A stretch of DNA of 64,000 bases, from NCBI GenBank assembly GCA_964016885.1, contig OZ024744.1, forward strand, positions 34,720,001 to 34,784,000, given 5' to 3'. Below, piece after piece: positions 42,001-58,283 of the stretch. The stretch's first letter is position 1; every line of letters begins with the position of its first letter. The translations under genes and the position numbers were made by a program. The notes under the pieces are model-generated. The model was not told where the DNA came from, did no database searches, and saw only the letters and a list, made by a program, of their open reading frames with translations. Source of the stretch: Eledone cirrhosa. Its lineage: Eukaryota.

Positions 42001-42598
42001 GGTGGCTGCCAACTCATTTTCGAGTACGGCCACTACTTTATATCCATGTAGGAGAACCCCTACTGATGCGCTGAACGAGTGTGACTTTTTAGTCCAACCA
42101 GCGACTTGAAAACTCTGGTACAAACACTACACTTGTGACAATTATTGACACATAGTGCTGGGCCCATGGTACCATGTGACGACAAGTGCAGAGAGATCTC
42201 CAGATATAAAGCAATGCCTGTGCCGTGAAGCTTTTATAGAGAGCAAAGGCACTGCACAAAGCCAGTCCCACTCTCTTAACCAAGATGATATTTACCAAAA
42301 ACAAGTCAACATCATTGGATACCATCAGGGTTGCAGGTATTATATCAGAGTTTTCCTTCTCCTAGAATTCTACCTTGACAAGGCTAAGGGGTCATCTCTC
42401 CCGGTGATTTGGATGGCCATTGACTCTTAAGAGCTCTTTTGCCCTTTGACAGGTTTTGTTTTTAGTCCTGCAGGATGTCCAAAGTCACCCTCCTCACCAA
42501 GAAACCTTGGTGGGTTGCCAGTTTAGTCGCCAACGACCCGATATGAGACAGGTTGTACTGGGATACATGTTACCAGTAGCACTAACTGGTGACCTGAC
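42001..42598 (-). mobile_element. Non-autonomous RTE-derived element with degenerate (ATGT)n tail 41767-42000
   Basis: Near-identical to 3938-4539. Confidence 0.85.
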
Positions 42599-43033
42599 GT
42601 AAATATATATACATATATATAGATATATATATACATACATATATATATACATACATATATATATATATACATACATATATATATACACATACATACCTAC
42701 ATATATATATACACATACATATATACATATATATATATATACATACATATATACATATATACACATACATATATACATATATATATATATACATACATAT
42801 ATACATACATATATATATACATATATATATACATACATATATATATATACACACATACAAATATATACATATATATAGAGAGAGAGATTTTGAGTATATG
42901 TTGGTTGTATACCAACACCTCAGTATGCAGGCTGGAGCACTCGACGAAGTGCGCAGGTTGGTTTGGTTACTCCGGAGTAATGTAAAATAAAGTAAAATAA
43001 AAGTCAAATGTTTAAAATTTAGCTTCGTTTATT

Positions 43034-43088
43034 ACTGCTATATATATTTCGGTGACAGCCATCTTTGGCTGTGACCTCTTCAGGCAGT
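43034..43088 (-). ncRNA. Minimal type I hammerhead ribozyme motif (same family as 29990-30045)
   Basis: ACUGC-CUGAAGA-GGUCACAGCCA aaga UGGCUGUCACC-GAAA-UAUAUA-UA-GCAGU. Compensatory C-G/U-A change in stem II relative to the 30 kb copy. Confidence 0.88.
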
Positions 43089-44962
43089 CCGAATTAGTGT
43101 GGTATAGACAGGTGTGGTATAGACATATGTTGTTGAGGTGTATAATTTTGTCAATAGTCTGATATGCCCAGTTCCTGGTTGAGTTGTTATTTCACTGAGG
43201 AAATGGAATCATATGAATTCAAACAAACGAATTTCAGCGTCAAAGGGCCTCTTCTCCCCTCATTGGTCAGTTGTTAGAACATTCCTCATTCAAAAGTCTA
43301 TAGAAGTTCATTCTGAGGCAAGCCAATCTGTAGTTGTTGTTCTTGTTATTGTTAGGTACATCTGACCTCAATTCTTGTGTTGGTAGTGTTGTTATTGTTG
43401 GAGTTAGCTTAAAAAATTGATAAATTGGTAAAAGGAACAAGGTGGTAAAGGAACAAAATAACAAAAAAATGTCAAACTTCCCATTAGTCAGTTTTGAGAG
43501 CATTCCTCAGTCAGAAGTCTGTAGAAATTCTTTCTGGGGTGAGGCTCCCTGTAGTGTTTGTGTATGCTATTGTTAAGTACATCTGACCTCTACCTTTATT
43601 TTGGTAGTGTTGTTGGTGTTGTGGTCAGCTTATGTCTTGCTGCTGCTGACAATTTAGAAGTATCTGTGTGTGTATTTTCTTCATCCCTCCTGCCACCATC
43701 TCCCGTGGTGGTGGCTGGGGGGGGGGGGGGTTCTTCCATGTATATGAAGAAATATAAGGCAATAAATGAAGAAAACAGAAAATAAATAATAAACAGAGAA
43801 TAAAGAATAAATGAAAAATTGGTGAAAAAGTAATGAAAATGAATATGGAGAAGTGAGAAATAAAGTAGCATAAAGTGTGTGTGTGCTATAACCAATCTCA
43901 AGGTCGGAACTATGTTGGATAGATTGGTATGAGGGACAAGATGTTAAAATAATAAAAGAATAAAGGAATAAGATAATCAAACAAAATGTGTTTGTGTTAT
44001 AATCAATCTCAACTTAAAAATAAATATAAGGTGATAAAGTGAAGAGAACAGAAAACAAATAACAAATTAATAAAGAGAAATTAAGATTTAAAATTGGAAA
44101 TTGAAAATCAGAAATCAAGTAAATTAAAATGTGTTTGTGTTATATAGATGTTGGCCAAATTATAATGGCTGTGTCCGATAGAATCTCTAAGCTATCATGG
44201 TGTCCGCTCAGACTGGGTTGTTCCCTATGGCTTGAGGGGAGTTCTCAACCTAGGGTGTTGTTACTGCCCATATAGCTTGAGGGAGGTCTGGCCGAGAGGT
44301 GTCTACATGTTCAGGAGAAGTCCCTATAGCTTGAGGGGAGTTCATATCTTCTTGTGATGCTACTGTCCATATATTTTGAGGAAGGTCCCGGCTCTAAGGT
44401 GTCTGCATGTCCCGAAGAAGTCGGTTCTGAAGATGTGAACTCCTCTCAAGCTATAGGGACTTCTCCTGAACATGTAAACACTTCTCGGCCAGACCTCCCT
44501 CAAGCTATATGGGCAGTAAACAACACCCTAGGTTGAGAACTCCCCTCAAGCCATAGGGAACAACCCAGGCTGAGCGGACACCATGATAGCTTAGAGATTC
44601 TATCGGACACAGCCATTATAATTTGGCCAACATCTTTATAACACAAACACATTTTAATTTACTTGATTTCTGACTTTCAAGTTCCAATTTTAAATCTTAA
44701 TTTCTCTTTATTAATTTGTTATTTGTTTTCTGTTCTCTTCACTTTATCACCTTATATTTATTTTTAAGTTGAGATTGATTATAACACAAACACATTTTGT
44801 TTGATTATCTTATTCCTTTATTCTTTTATTATTTTAACATCTTGTCCCTCATACCAATCTATCCAACATATTTCTGACCTTGAGATTGATTATAGCACAC
44901 ACACACTTTATGCTACTTTATTTCTCACTTCTCCATATTCATTTTCATTACTTTTTCACCAA

Positions 44963-45065
44963 ATCCCGCCGAGGTTGACTTTGCCTTTCATCCTTACGGG
45001 GTCGATAAAATAAAGTACCAGTAATGCACTGGGTAATTGCTGGCCTTGTGCCTAAACTAGAAACA
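44963..45065 (+). mobile_element. 5'-truncated SINE with 16-bp TSD inserted in the right palindrome arm
   Basis: attactttttcaccaa at 44947-44962 and 45066-45081. The left arm shows the empty site (ttggtgaaaaagtaat, ~43819-43834). Confidence 0.9.
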
Positions 45066-45896
45066 ATTACTTTTTCACCAATTTTTCATTTATTCTTTAT
45101 TCTCTATTTATTATTTATTTTCTGTTTTCTTCATTTATTGCCTTATATTTCTTCATATACATAGACCCCCCCACCACCACCACCACCACCACCACCACCA
45201 GCACCACTACCACCAGAGATGGTGGCAGGAGGGATGAAGAAAAAACACACACAGATACTCCTAAATTGTCAGCAACAGCAAGACATAAGCTGACCACAAC
45301 ACCAACAACACTACCGAAATAATGGTAGAGGTCAAATGTACTTAACAATAGCAAACACAAACACTACAGGGAGCCTCACCCCAGAAAGAATTTCTATAGA
45401 CTTCGGACTGAGGAATGCTCTCAAAACTGACCAATGGGAAGTTTGACATGTTTTTGTTATTTTGTTCCTTTACCACCTTGTTCCTTTTACCACTTTATCA
45501 TTTTTTTAAGGTAACTCCAACAATAACAACACTACCAACACAAGAATTGAGGTCATGTGTACCTAACAATAACAAGAACAACAACTACAGATTGGCTTGC
45601 CTCAGAACGAATTTCTATAGACTTTTGAATGAGGAATGTTCTAACAACTGACCAATGAGGGGAGAAGAGGCCCTTTGACACTGAAATTCGTTTGTTTGAA
45701 TTCATATGATTCCAGTTCCTCTGTGAAATACATATATATATATAGATACATATATAGATACATATATATACATACATATATATATATATATATATACTTA
45801 CATATATATATATACGTACATATATATACACATATATATACATACATATATACATATATATACACATATACATACATATATACATATACATACATT

Positions 45897-46530
45897 TAGG
45901 AGCCCCTACATGGACACACTAGAAGAGGAAGACCAAGGTTAGCGTATGTTGATGCCCTAAGGACAGGCACTGGTCTATTGGAGACGCAGGACATGGCAGC
46001 GATAATGAGGGACAGAGACCGCTGGAGAGAACTCGTCCATGGATCTCAGGAATTTTACACGCCTTAGAATAGAATAGAATACATATATATACATATATAT
46101 ATATACATATATATACATATATATACATACATATATACATACATACATATATATATATATACGTACATATATATATATACATACATATATATATATACAT
46201 ACATATATATATACATATATATATACATACACATATATATATATATACATACATATATATATACATATACATACATATATATATACAGAGGAGACTGAGG
46301 TTAGCTGGACATGCTCACCAACATCCAGGGTTTACATTACACTCAGTGCTCCTGTGGAGCCCATGCATGGACACACTGGAAGAGGAAGACTGAGGTTGAC
46401 ATATGTTGATGCCCTAAGGACAGACACTGGTCTGTTGGAGATGCAGGACATGGCAGCGATAATGAGGGACAGAGACCGCTGGGGAGAACTCGTCCATGGA
46501 TCTCGGGAATTTTACCCGCCTTAGATAGAT
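45897..46530 (+). mobile_element. Two copies of a short LINE-like 3' end (45897-46080, 46287-46530) in TA/CA microsatellite
   Basis: Shared gatgccctaaggacag...gagggacagagaccgctgg...aattttacacgccttag with (AATAG)n or (AGAT)n tails. RTE-like C-terminus. Confidence 0.6.
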
Positions 46531-46558
46531 AGATATATATACATACATATATATATAA

Positions 46559-46604
<46 letters not shown>

Positions 46605-46670
46605 TCTTACATATATATAAACCTATATATATACACATACATATATATATAGATACATATATATACATAC

Positions 46671-46701
<31 letters not shown>

Positions 46702-46930
46702 CATATTTCGTTTCTGAATTTGTTTAGCAAGATTCTTTATCTGAAATCGTGTGTTGAAACCGATATTGTTATACTTTGGGAGGGTCATGCTGCCAATAAG
46801 AAACACACGCACCAGTTGCTTTCACTTCAATTTATTATATATTTATAAATTTATAAATTTACAAATTTACAAACCCATAAATTTCTGGTTGGTTGGTTGG
46901 TTCCACAACCAGATAGTTGTTTATATATAT

Positions 46931-46975
46931 AGTCATAGTCCTTTCGTCACACACTCTGTGACCTCTTCAGTGACT
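46931..46975 (-). ncRNA. Hammerhead motif, identical to 19154-19198
   Basis: Reverse complement agtcatagtcctttcgtcacacactctgtgacctcttcagtgact. Confidence 0.8.
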
Positions 46976-47096
46976 GGGGATTCCTTTCTTCGTTTCTGTG
47001 CCTTTCCTTTCTTCTATCCTACGCCATTTTGTTTCTGAAACAAAATGGCGTAGGATAGAAGAAAGGAAAGGCACAGAAACGAAGAAAGGAATCCCC

Positions 47097-47141
47097 AGTC
47101 ACTGAAGAGGTCACAGAGTGTGTGACGAAAGGACTATGACT
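47097..47141 (+). ncRNA. Hammerhead motif, identical to 19154-19198
   Basis: agtcactgaagaggtcacagagtgtgtgacgaaaggactatgact. Confidence 0.8.
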
Positions 47142-47203
47142 ATATACATATATATACACACATATATATACATACATATATACATATACATACATATATA
47201 TAT

Positions 47204-47285
<82 letters not shown>

Positions 47286-47333
47286 ATGAAATGACAGGAG
47301 GCTGGATTTGTGTAAATCCTTGAAAGGTTTATT

Positions 47334-47391
47334 ATACTATGATCATTTCAATGACCGGGTTCCGTATGAATCCGGTGATATCATCAGGTAT
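47334..47391 (-). ncRNA. Hammerhead-like motif (left arm)
   Basis: AUAC-CUGAUGA-uaucaccgg...ccggucauu-GAAA-UGAUCA-UA-GUAU. First stem II pair is a non-canonical U.U. Confidence 0.65.
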
Positions 47392-47594
47392 TCGAAATAT
47401 AATACGTGAATGTAATAGGTAAAATCCATGGGGCTGAAAATCGAGACCCGAGGGCGACCACTATTCTGTTCCTTCAACCTCAGCCGGTCGCCCTGGAACC
47501 GGCTGAGGTTGAAGGAACAGAATAGCGGTCGCCCTCGGGTCTCGATTTTCAGCCCCATGGATTTTACCTATTACATTCACGTATTATATTTCGA

Positions 47595-47652
47595 ATACCT
47601 GATGATATCACCGGATTCATACGGAACCAGGTCATTGAAATGATCATAGTAT
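47595..47652 (+). ncRNA. Hammerhead-like motif (right arm)
   Basis: atac-ctgatga-tatcaccgg...caggtcatt-gaaa-tgatca-ta-gtat. Confidence 0.62.
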
Positions 47653-47843
47653 AATAAACCTTTCAAGGATTTACACAAATCCAGCCTCCTGTCATTTCAT
47701 TATAATATTTAACTCCGTAATAGCACCACCAACTACAAAAACAAAGACGGTTGAACTGCTTTACGTTGAGTACTCTCTATATTATTGCATTACGATTGAC
47801 CATACGGAATAGACCAGCTCTATACAGTGGTGAACCTCAAACC

Positions 47844-47903
<60 letters not shown>

Positions 47904-47934
47904 CATTTATATACACATATATATATATACATAC

Positions 47935-48670
47935 GATGATGCATCTTTTTCTTCACATCATGAAAGTGGCGACAATGTGCAGACGACTCGCTGACTGGAT
48001 CTTGAAGACTTTCCGGACAAGAGACTGAGACACCATGTTGACACTATGGAGGACATTTGTCCTAAGCCGCCTGGAACTGCTCCCAGTTGTGGTCACCCCA
48101 TAGTGTCAAACTAACCACGGAGCTTGAGGTAATCCAGCGAAGCTACACCAACAGGATTGCCAAGATGAAGGAGATCAGCTACTGGGAGAGGCTAAAGGAA
48201 CTGTACCTCTACTCCTTGGAACGAAGACGGGAGAAATACGCAGTGATCTACATGTGGAAAATCCTGGAGGGACTAGCACCAAACTTTGGCATTGGGAGCT
48301 GGACCAACCGTCGAACAGGACGTCACTGTGTGGGGCCAAAGGTCCCATCTTCCACATCTAGAATAAGGAGCAGGTATTGCAATAACCTGGGATTCAAGGG
48401 CCCTCAACTCTTCAACAGGCTGCCGAGGGATCAGAGAGATTTGTATGACGTAGAGGTGAATGTCTTCAAGAAACATCTAGACACCTTGTTATCCAGGATC
48501 CCGGATGTGCCCACAGCAAGGCACGAGGGAAACCTGAGGGCAGCAGCAACAAACTCCCTCTTACACAAGTGGCCAACCTATACAGGCTGGAGATAAAATG
48601 TGTAGCAACAAGGGCGGTACCCCTGCATGGCCTCAGCCGGATGGCTGAAACAGGTAAAAGAGTAAAAGAG
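47935..48670 (+). mobile_element. CR1-group LINE 3' fragment with (GTAAAAGA)n tail
   Basis: LWSPH...LEVIQRSYT...SYWERLKELYLYSLERRREKYAVIYMWKI...GPQLFNRLP...FKKHLD...IPD. Confidence 0.85.
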
Positions 48671-48691
48671 TATACATATATATATACATAC

Positions 48692-48758
<67 letters not shown>

Positions 48759-48795
48759 CATATATATATACATATATATATATACATACATACAT

Positions 48796-49200
48796 GGTGG
48801 CTGCCAACTCGCTTTCGAGTACGGCCACTACTTTATATCCATGTAGGAGAACCCCTACTGATGCACTGAACAAGTGTGACTTTTTAGTCCAGCCAGCGAC
48901 TTGAAAACTCTGGTACAAACACTACACTTGTGACAATTATTGACACATAATGCTGGGCCCATGGTACCATGTAACGACAAGTGCAGAGAGATCTCCAGAT
49001 ATAAAGCAATGCCTGTGCCGTGAAGCTTTTATAGGGAGCAAAGGCACTGCACAAAGCCAGTCCCACTCTCTTAACCAAGATGTTATTTACCAAAAAGAAG
49101 AACAAGTCAACATCATTGGATACCATCAGGGTTGCAGGTGTTATATCAGAGTTTTCCTTCTCCTAGAATTCTGCTTTGACTAAGGCTAAGGGGGTCATCT
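48796..49200 (-). mobile_element. 5'-truncated copy of the non-autonomous RTE-derived element
   Basis: Matches 3938-4335 and lacks the leader, consistent with 5' truncation in the minus orientation. Confidence 0.85.
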
Positions 49201-49653
49201 CATATACATACATACATACACACGTATATGTATCTATGTTTTTTGTTTGTATGTGAGTTTGCATATATATGCATGTGCGTTTGTGTTTAGATACCCGTCT
49301 GTATGATTGTGTGTATACACCATATACACACACACACATACGCGCGCGCGCATGTATACATTACATATGTATTGCAATATATACTCAAATAGAAATTTAT
49401 TTAATGATGGCCAAGAAGAAAAGAATAACTTGTTCAGATTTGTTAAAATAATTTGTTTTTTTTTCTTTATTTTGGGGGTATTTTTAATTGTGCATAGGTT
49501 GTGGGAGGGGGACACTTATTGAATTTCTATTCAAGTTAAAACTAACAAAAAAAATCTCAAGTAAAAGCTTTATTTCATTACATTGAAAAATAAATTGTAA
49601 AATTAGCAAATTTAAATTAAAACACACAGAGGAAAAAAACACAAATATGATGG

Positions 49654-54175
<4,522 letters not shown>

Positions 54176-54312
54176 AGCTCTCACTACTGTTGCTGTACAA
54201 CTACTGCTACCAGTTCTATTATTGTTCACCTGTGGTTTATTAACATAACAACATAACACCAGGCTACACATGTTATAGTCAATTCAATAAGTCTAGTACA
54301 TAACTGGTAAAT

Positions 54313-54490
54313 AATTGCTTCTACTTTTGGCACAAGGCCAGCAATTTACCAGTGTATTACTGGTACTTTATTTTATAAAGATGAAAGGCAAAGTCAACCG
54401 CAGCGGGATTTGAACTCAGTCCGTAAAGGGACGTAACTCTATACTGTAAAACATGGCGTCCGACCCTTTACCGATACTGCCAATCGACCC
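54313..54490 (-). mobile_element. tRNA-derived SINE. Further copies 56895-57083 (-), 58300-58470 (+), 58480-58580 (+)
   Basis: Family core and tail. Confidence 0.8.
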
Positions 54491-55130
54491 CTCCACACTC
54501 ACCCATACACACAAACACATACACTCCCACACATACACTCCCACACATACACACACACACATACACACACCCATACACACAAACACATACACTCCCACAC
54601 ATACACTCCCACACACACATACACACACACCCATACACACAAACACACACACTCCCACACATACACTCCCACACACACTCCCACACACACACACCCACAC
54701 ATACACTCCCACACACACATACACTCCCACACATACACTCCCCCACACACACCCACATACAAGGTCAACCTAAAAAGAATTCACTTTTAGAATGTAATGA
54801 ATGATGAATGTGAAATACTGAAGTAATCATCATCATCGTCATCATCATCATCATCATCATCATCATCGTCATCGTCATCGTCACCGTCATCATCATCGTC
54901 ATCGTCATCATCATCATCATCATCATCACTGTATAATGTCTATTTTCCCTGCTTGCATGGGTTTGATGGGTTGTCATACTATAAGGCCAGACAGGTGCGG
55001 TGACTACATCCTGTTTTTGTTCTGTTTTTGTCTTCATTTCTATGGTTAGATGTCTTTCCTAACATCAAGAACTTTACTTTACAGTGTATACTGGGTGTTT
55101 TTATCCTGACTACAGCATTACCATATAGAA

Positions 55131-56290
55131 TTGACTGGGTACTTTTTGTCAGGGCACTAGCACTACCACCTTACTGGGTGGACTGAGTACTTGTTGTCAG
55201 GGCACTAGCACTACCACCTTACTGGGTGGACTGAGTACTTTTTGTCAGGGCACTAGCATAACCACCTTACTGGGTGGACTGAGTACTTTTTGTCAGGGCA
55301 CTAGCACTACCACCTTACTGGGTGGACTGGGTACTTTTTGTCAGGGCACTAGCATGACCACCTTACTGGGTGGACTGAGTACTTTTTGTCAGGGCACTAG
55401 CACTACCACCTTACTGCGTAGACTGAGTACTTTTTGTTAGGGCACTAGCACTACCACCTTACTGGGTAGACTGGGTACTTTTTGTCAGGGCACTAGCATG
55501 ACCACCTTACTGGGTGGACTGAATACTTTTTGTCAGGGCACTAGCACTACCACCTTACTGGGTGGACTGGGTACTTTTTGTCAGGGCACTAGCACTACCA
55601 CCTTACTGGGTGGACTGAGTACTTTTTGTCAGGGCACTAGCACTACCACCTTACTGGGTGGACTGAGTACTTTTTGTCAGGGCACTAGCATGAACACCTT
55701 ACTGGGTGGACTGGGTACTTTTTGTCAGGGCACTAGCATGACCACCTTACTGGGTGGACTGGGTACTTTTTGTCAGTGCACTAGCACTACCACCTTACTG
55801 GGTGGACTGAGTACTTTTTGTCAGGGCACTAGCACTACCACCTTACTGGGTGGACTGAGTACTTTTTGTCAGGGCACTAGTATGACCACCTTACTGGGTG
55901 GACTGAGTACTTTTTGTCAGGGCACTAGTATGACCACCTTACTGGGTGGACTGAGTTCTTTTTGTCAGGGCACTAGCACTACCACCTTACTGGGTGGACT
56001 GAGTACTTTTTGTCAGGGCACTAGCACTACCACCTTACTGAGTAGACTGGGTACTTTTTGTCAGGGCACTAGTATGACCACCTTACTGGGTGGACTGAGT
56101 ACTTTTTGTCAGGGCACTAGCACTACCACCTTACTGGGTGGACTGAGTACTTTTTGTCAGGGCACTAGCACTACCACCTTACTGAGTAGACTGGGTACTT
56201 TTTGTCAGGGCACTAGTATGACCACCTTACTGGGTGGACTGAGTACTTTTTGTCAGGGCACTAGCATAACCACCTTACCAGGTGGACTTT
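55131..56290. repeat. 48-bp minisatellite, ~24 copies
   Basis: Unit ttactgggtggactgagtactttttgtcagggcactagcactaccacc, with starts every 48 bp from 55171 to 56275. Confidence 0.97.
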
Positions 56291-58094
56291 ACCAAAACTA
56301 GGGAGACATTGATGTGAGTGGGGAGGTCATACCCCCAAGGGAGAAGCAGCATCAGGTCTAAATCATGTCATTTGTTTCGTCTATTCTCTTATTTTTTATA
56401 CTTTTTACTGGTTTCAGTTATTTGGCTGTGGCCATACTGGAGCACCGTCTTGAAAGGATTTTAGTCAATATAATCAACCCACACGCCCCCAATAATTATT
56501 TATTAAAGTCTGGTCCTGTTTTATCAGATGCCATTTCTCAGACTACTAATGTGCAGAACATAAACAAACAGTAAATGCAAACATAGACATGGATACACAC
56601 ACACATAATATATTTAAGATGGCGATGGTGGTGGTAAAGGTAGTGGAGGTGGTGGTGATAATGAAGATGAAGGTGGGTGAGGATGGGAATGAGAAGCGTC
56701 TACACAGTTACCATCAACCAAATCCCATTCACAAGGTATTGGTCAGCTTGAGGCTATAGTAGAAGACACTCACCCATGGTGCCATATGGTGGTACTGAAC
56801 TGGAAACCACTTGCTTATGAAACACAATTAACCACATAGCCCTGTCTATAACTTACACTGTTTCTACCATCCATATGGCTTTCTTAATACAATAATAATT
56901 GTTTCTACTTTTGGCACAAGGCCAGCAATTGCCCAGTACATTACTGGTACTTTATTTTATCGACCCCGTAAGGATGAAAGGTAAAGTTAACCTCGGCGGG
57001 ATTTGAACTCAGTCCGTAAAGGACCTTAACTCTATGCTGCAAAGCATGGCGTCCAACCCTCTACTGATACTGCCAATCCACCGATTAATACAATAATAAT
57101 AACAACAATAATAAGTATTTCTTTTATTTGCCTCAAGGGCATCAGATGAAGGAGATATTACAAAGACAAATTAAAACATAAAATTGTTAAAGGTGTTACA
57201 TAGATATAAGAAAATGGGTAACAAGTATATGGCATTCAGTCCTGCTAGTACAGAGAACTGACTACCTAAGGTTAATTCAGAGCCCACACAGATCCACACC
57301 CTGACCATCAAGAGTGAGTGCCCTCTCCCAACAGTCGCAGACATATCCTACGAGTAGACTTATTTACTTTACTCTCGCCATTTTCACTACTTTCACTACC
57401 CCGTTAGTACATTTACTGCAGGGGAACACGTCCTTGTCCTTACTTTCTTTTCCAGGTGAAACTTGAAAAGATCAGTGAGAGCTTGTTTAAAGAGGAATGT
57501 GTCTGTCTACAGACTTTTCAGCCTTGTCCACCACACAATCCCCTTTGCAATAGTCACCAAGTATAGGAAACCTGCTCATCCTTCCCTGTTAAAAGAAAGA
57601 AGATTGATGGAGTAATCTTCACAATGAACTGAAACAGTCAGATATGTCCTACACACAACAATTTGTTTAACCTAATTCCACAAGTCAGCAATATACAGGC
57701 ATTGAACGTGTGCAGAAGGGTTTCATCACTCTGCTTGCCTCTCAGACAGGCCTGTCTGACAGAACTTTCATGCTTGTAGAGTTTATCTTAAATCGACTGT
57801 GGCCACTGCTAGCAACTCCAGGCCAGAGATTTCTGAAATATCCACAGTCCCTGGACTCTAAGTCCTCTGGAACAGACCAGCCAGTTTGTTCTCATCAACA
57901 CCCAAGAACTTCCCTTACTAATGGGGAAATTCAACTGATTGAGGTGCCCAAATGGTAGAAGTGCCTGACAACCTCTAGATGCCTGATGCCATGCCTTTGT
58001 CTTTTATTCATGCAGGACTCCAACTCCATCAGGGAAATGAGTTGTGGAAAAGTGCATCTGACAACATCATTGTCATCATTATTGTATTTTTATA

Positions 58095-58283
58095 TGGCGG
58101 TGGATTGGCAGTATCGGTAGAGGGTCGGACGCCATGCTTTCCAGCATAGTTACGTCCCTTTACGATCTGAGTTCAAATCCCGCCGAGGTTGACTTTGCCT
58201 TTCATCCTTACGGGGTCGATAAAATAAAGTACCAGTAATGCACTGGGTAATTGCTGGCCTTGTGCCTAAAGTAGAAACAATTA
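58095..58283 (+). mobile_element. tRNA-derived SINE, full-length reference-like copy
   Basis: tggcggtggattggcagtatcggtagag (A-box), gagttcaaatccc (B-box), conserved core, aaacaattattat tail. Confidence 0.88.

Larger units (their letters stand above)
42890..45731. mobile_element. Non-coding hammerhead-bearing element forming a ~2.5 kb palindrome (arms ~43188-44352 / 44428-45731)
   Basis: Arms are reverse complements. Left extension holds the hammerhead and a terminus also seen at 21595-21676. TA-rich microsatellite on both sides. Confidence 0.85.
46705..47147 (-). mobile_element. Solo Penelope pseudo-LTR with perfect inverted partial copy (palindrome 46925-47147, centre 47036)
   Basis: 46705-47036 is the reverse complement of 19095-19420. 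47037-47147 repeats 19095-19205 on the + strand. Confidence 0.92.
47283..47848 (+). mobile_element. Non-coding palindromic element (206-bp arms 47283-47488 / 47498-47703, then a ~145 bp tail) within (TA)n
   Basis: Arms are reverse complements with about 2 mismatches and a 9-nt spacer. (TA)n on both sides. Confidence 0.9.

Noticed and set aside
47343-47643. Pair of mirrored 71-aa ORFs
   Set aside because: A by-product of the palindrome with no protein similarity recognised.
55498-56301. 16-aa repeat protein or CRISPR-like array
   Set aside because: Head-to-tail 48-bp units with no unique spacers, an in-frame stop in one unit, and eukaryotic TE context.
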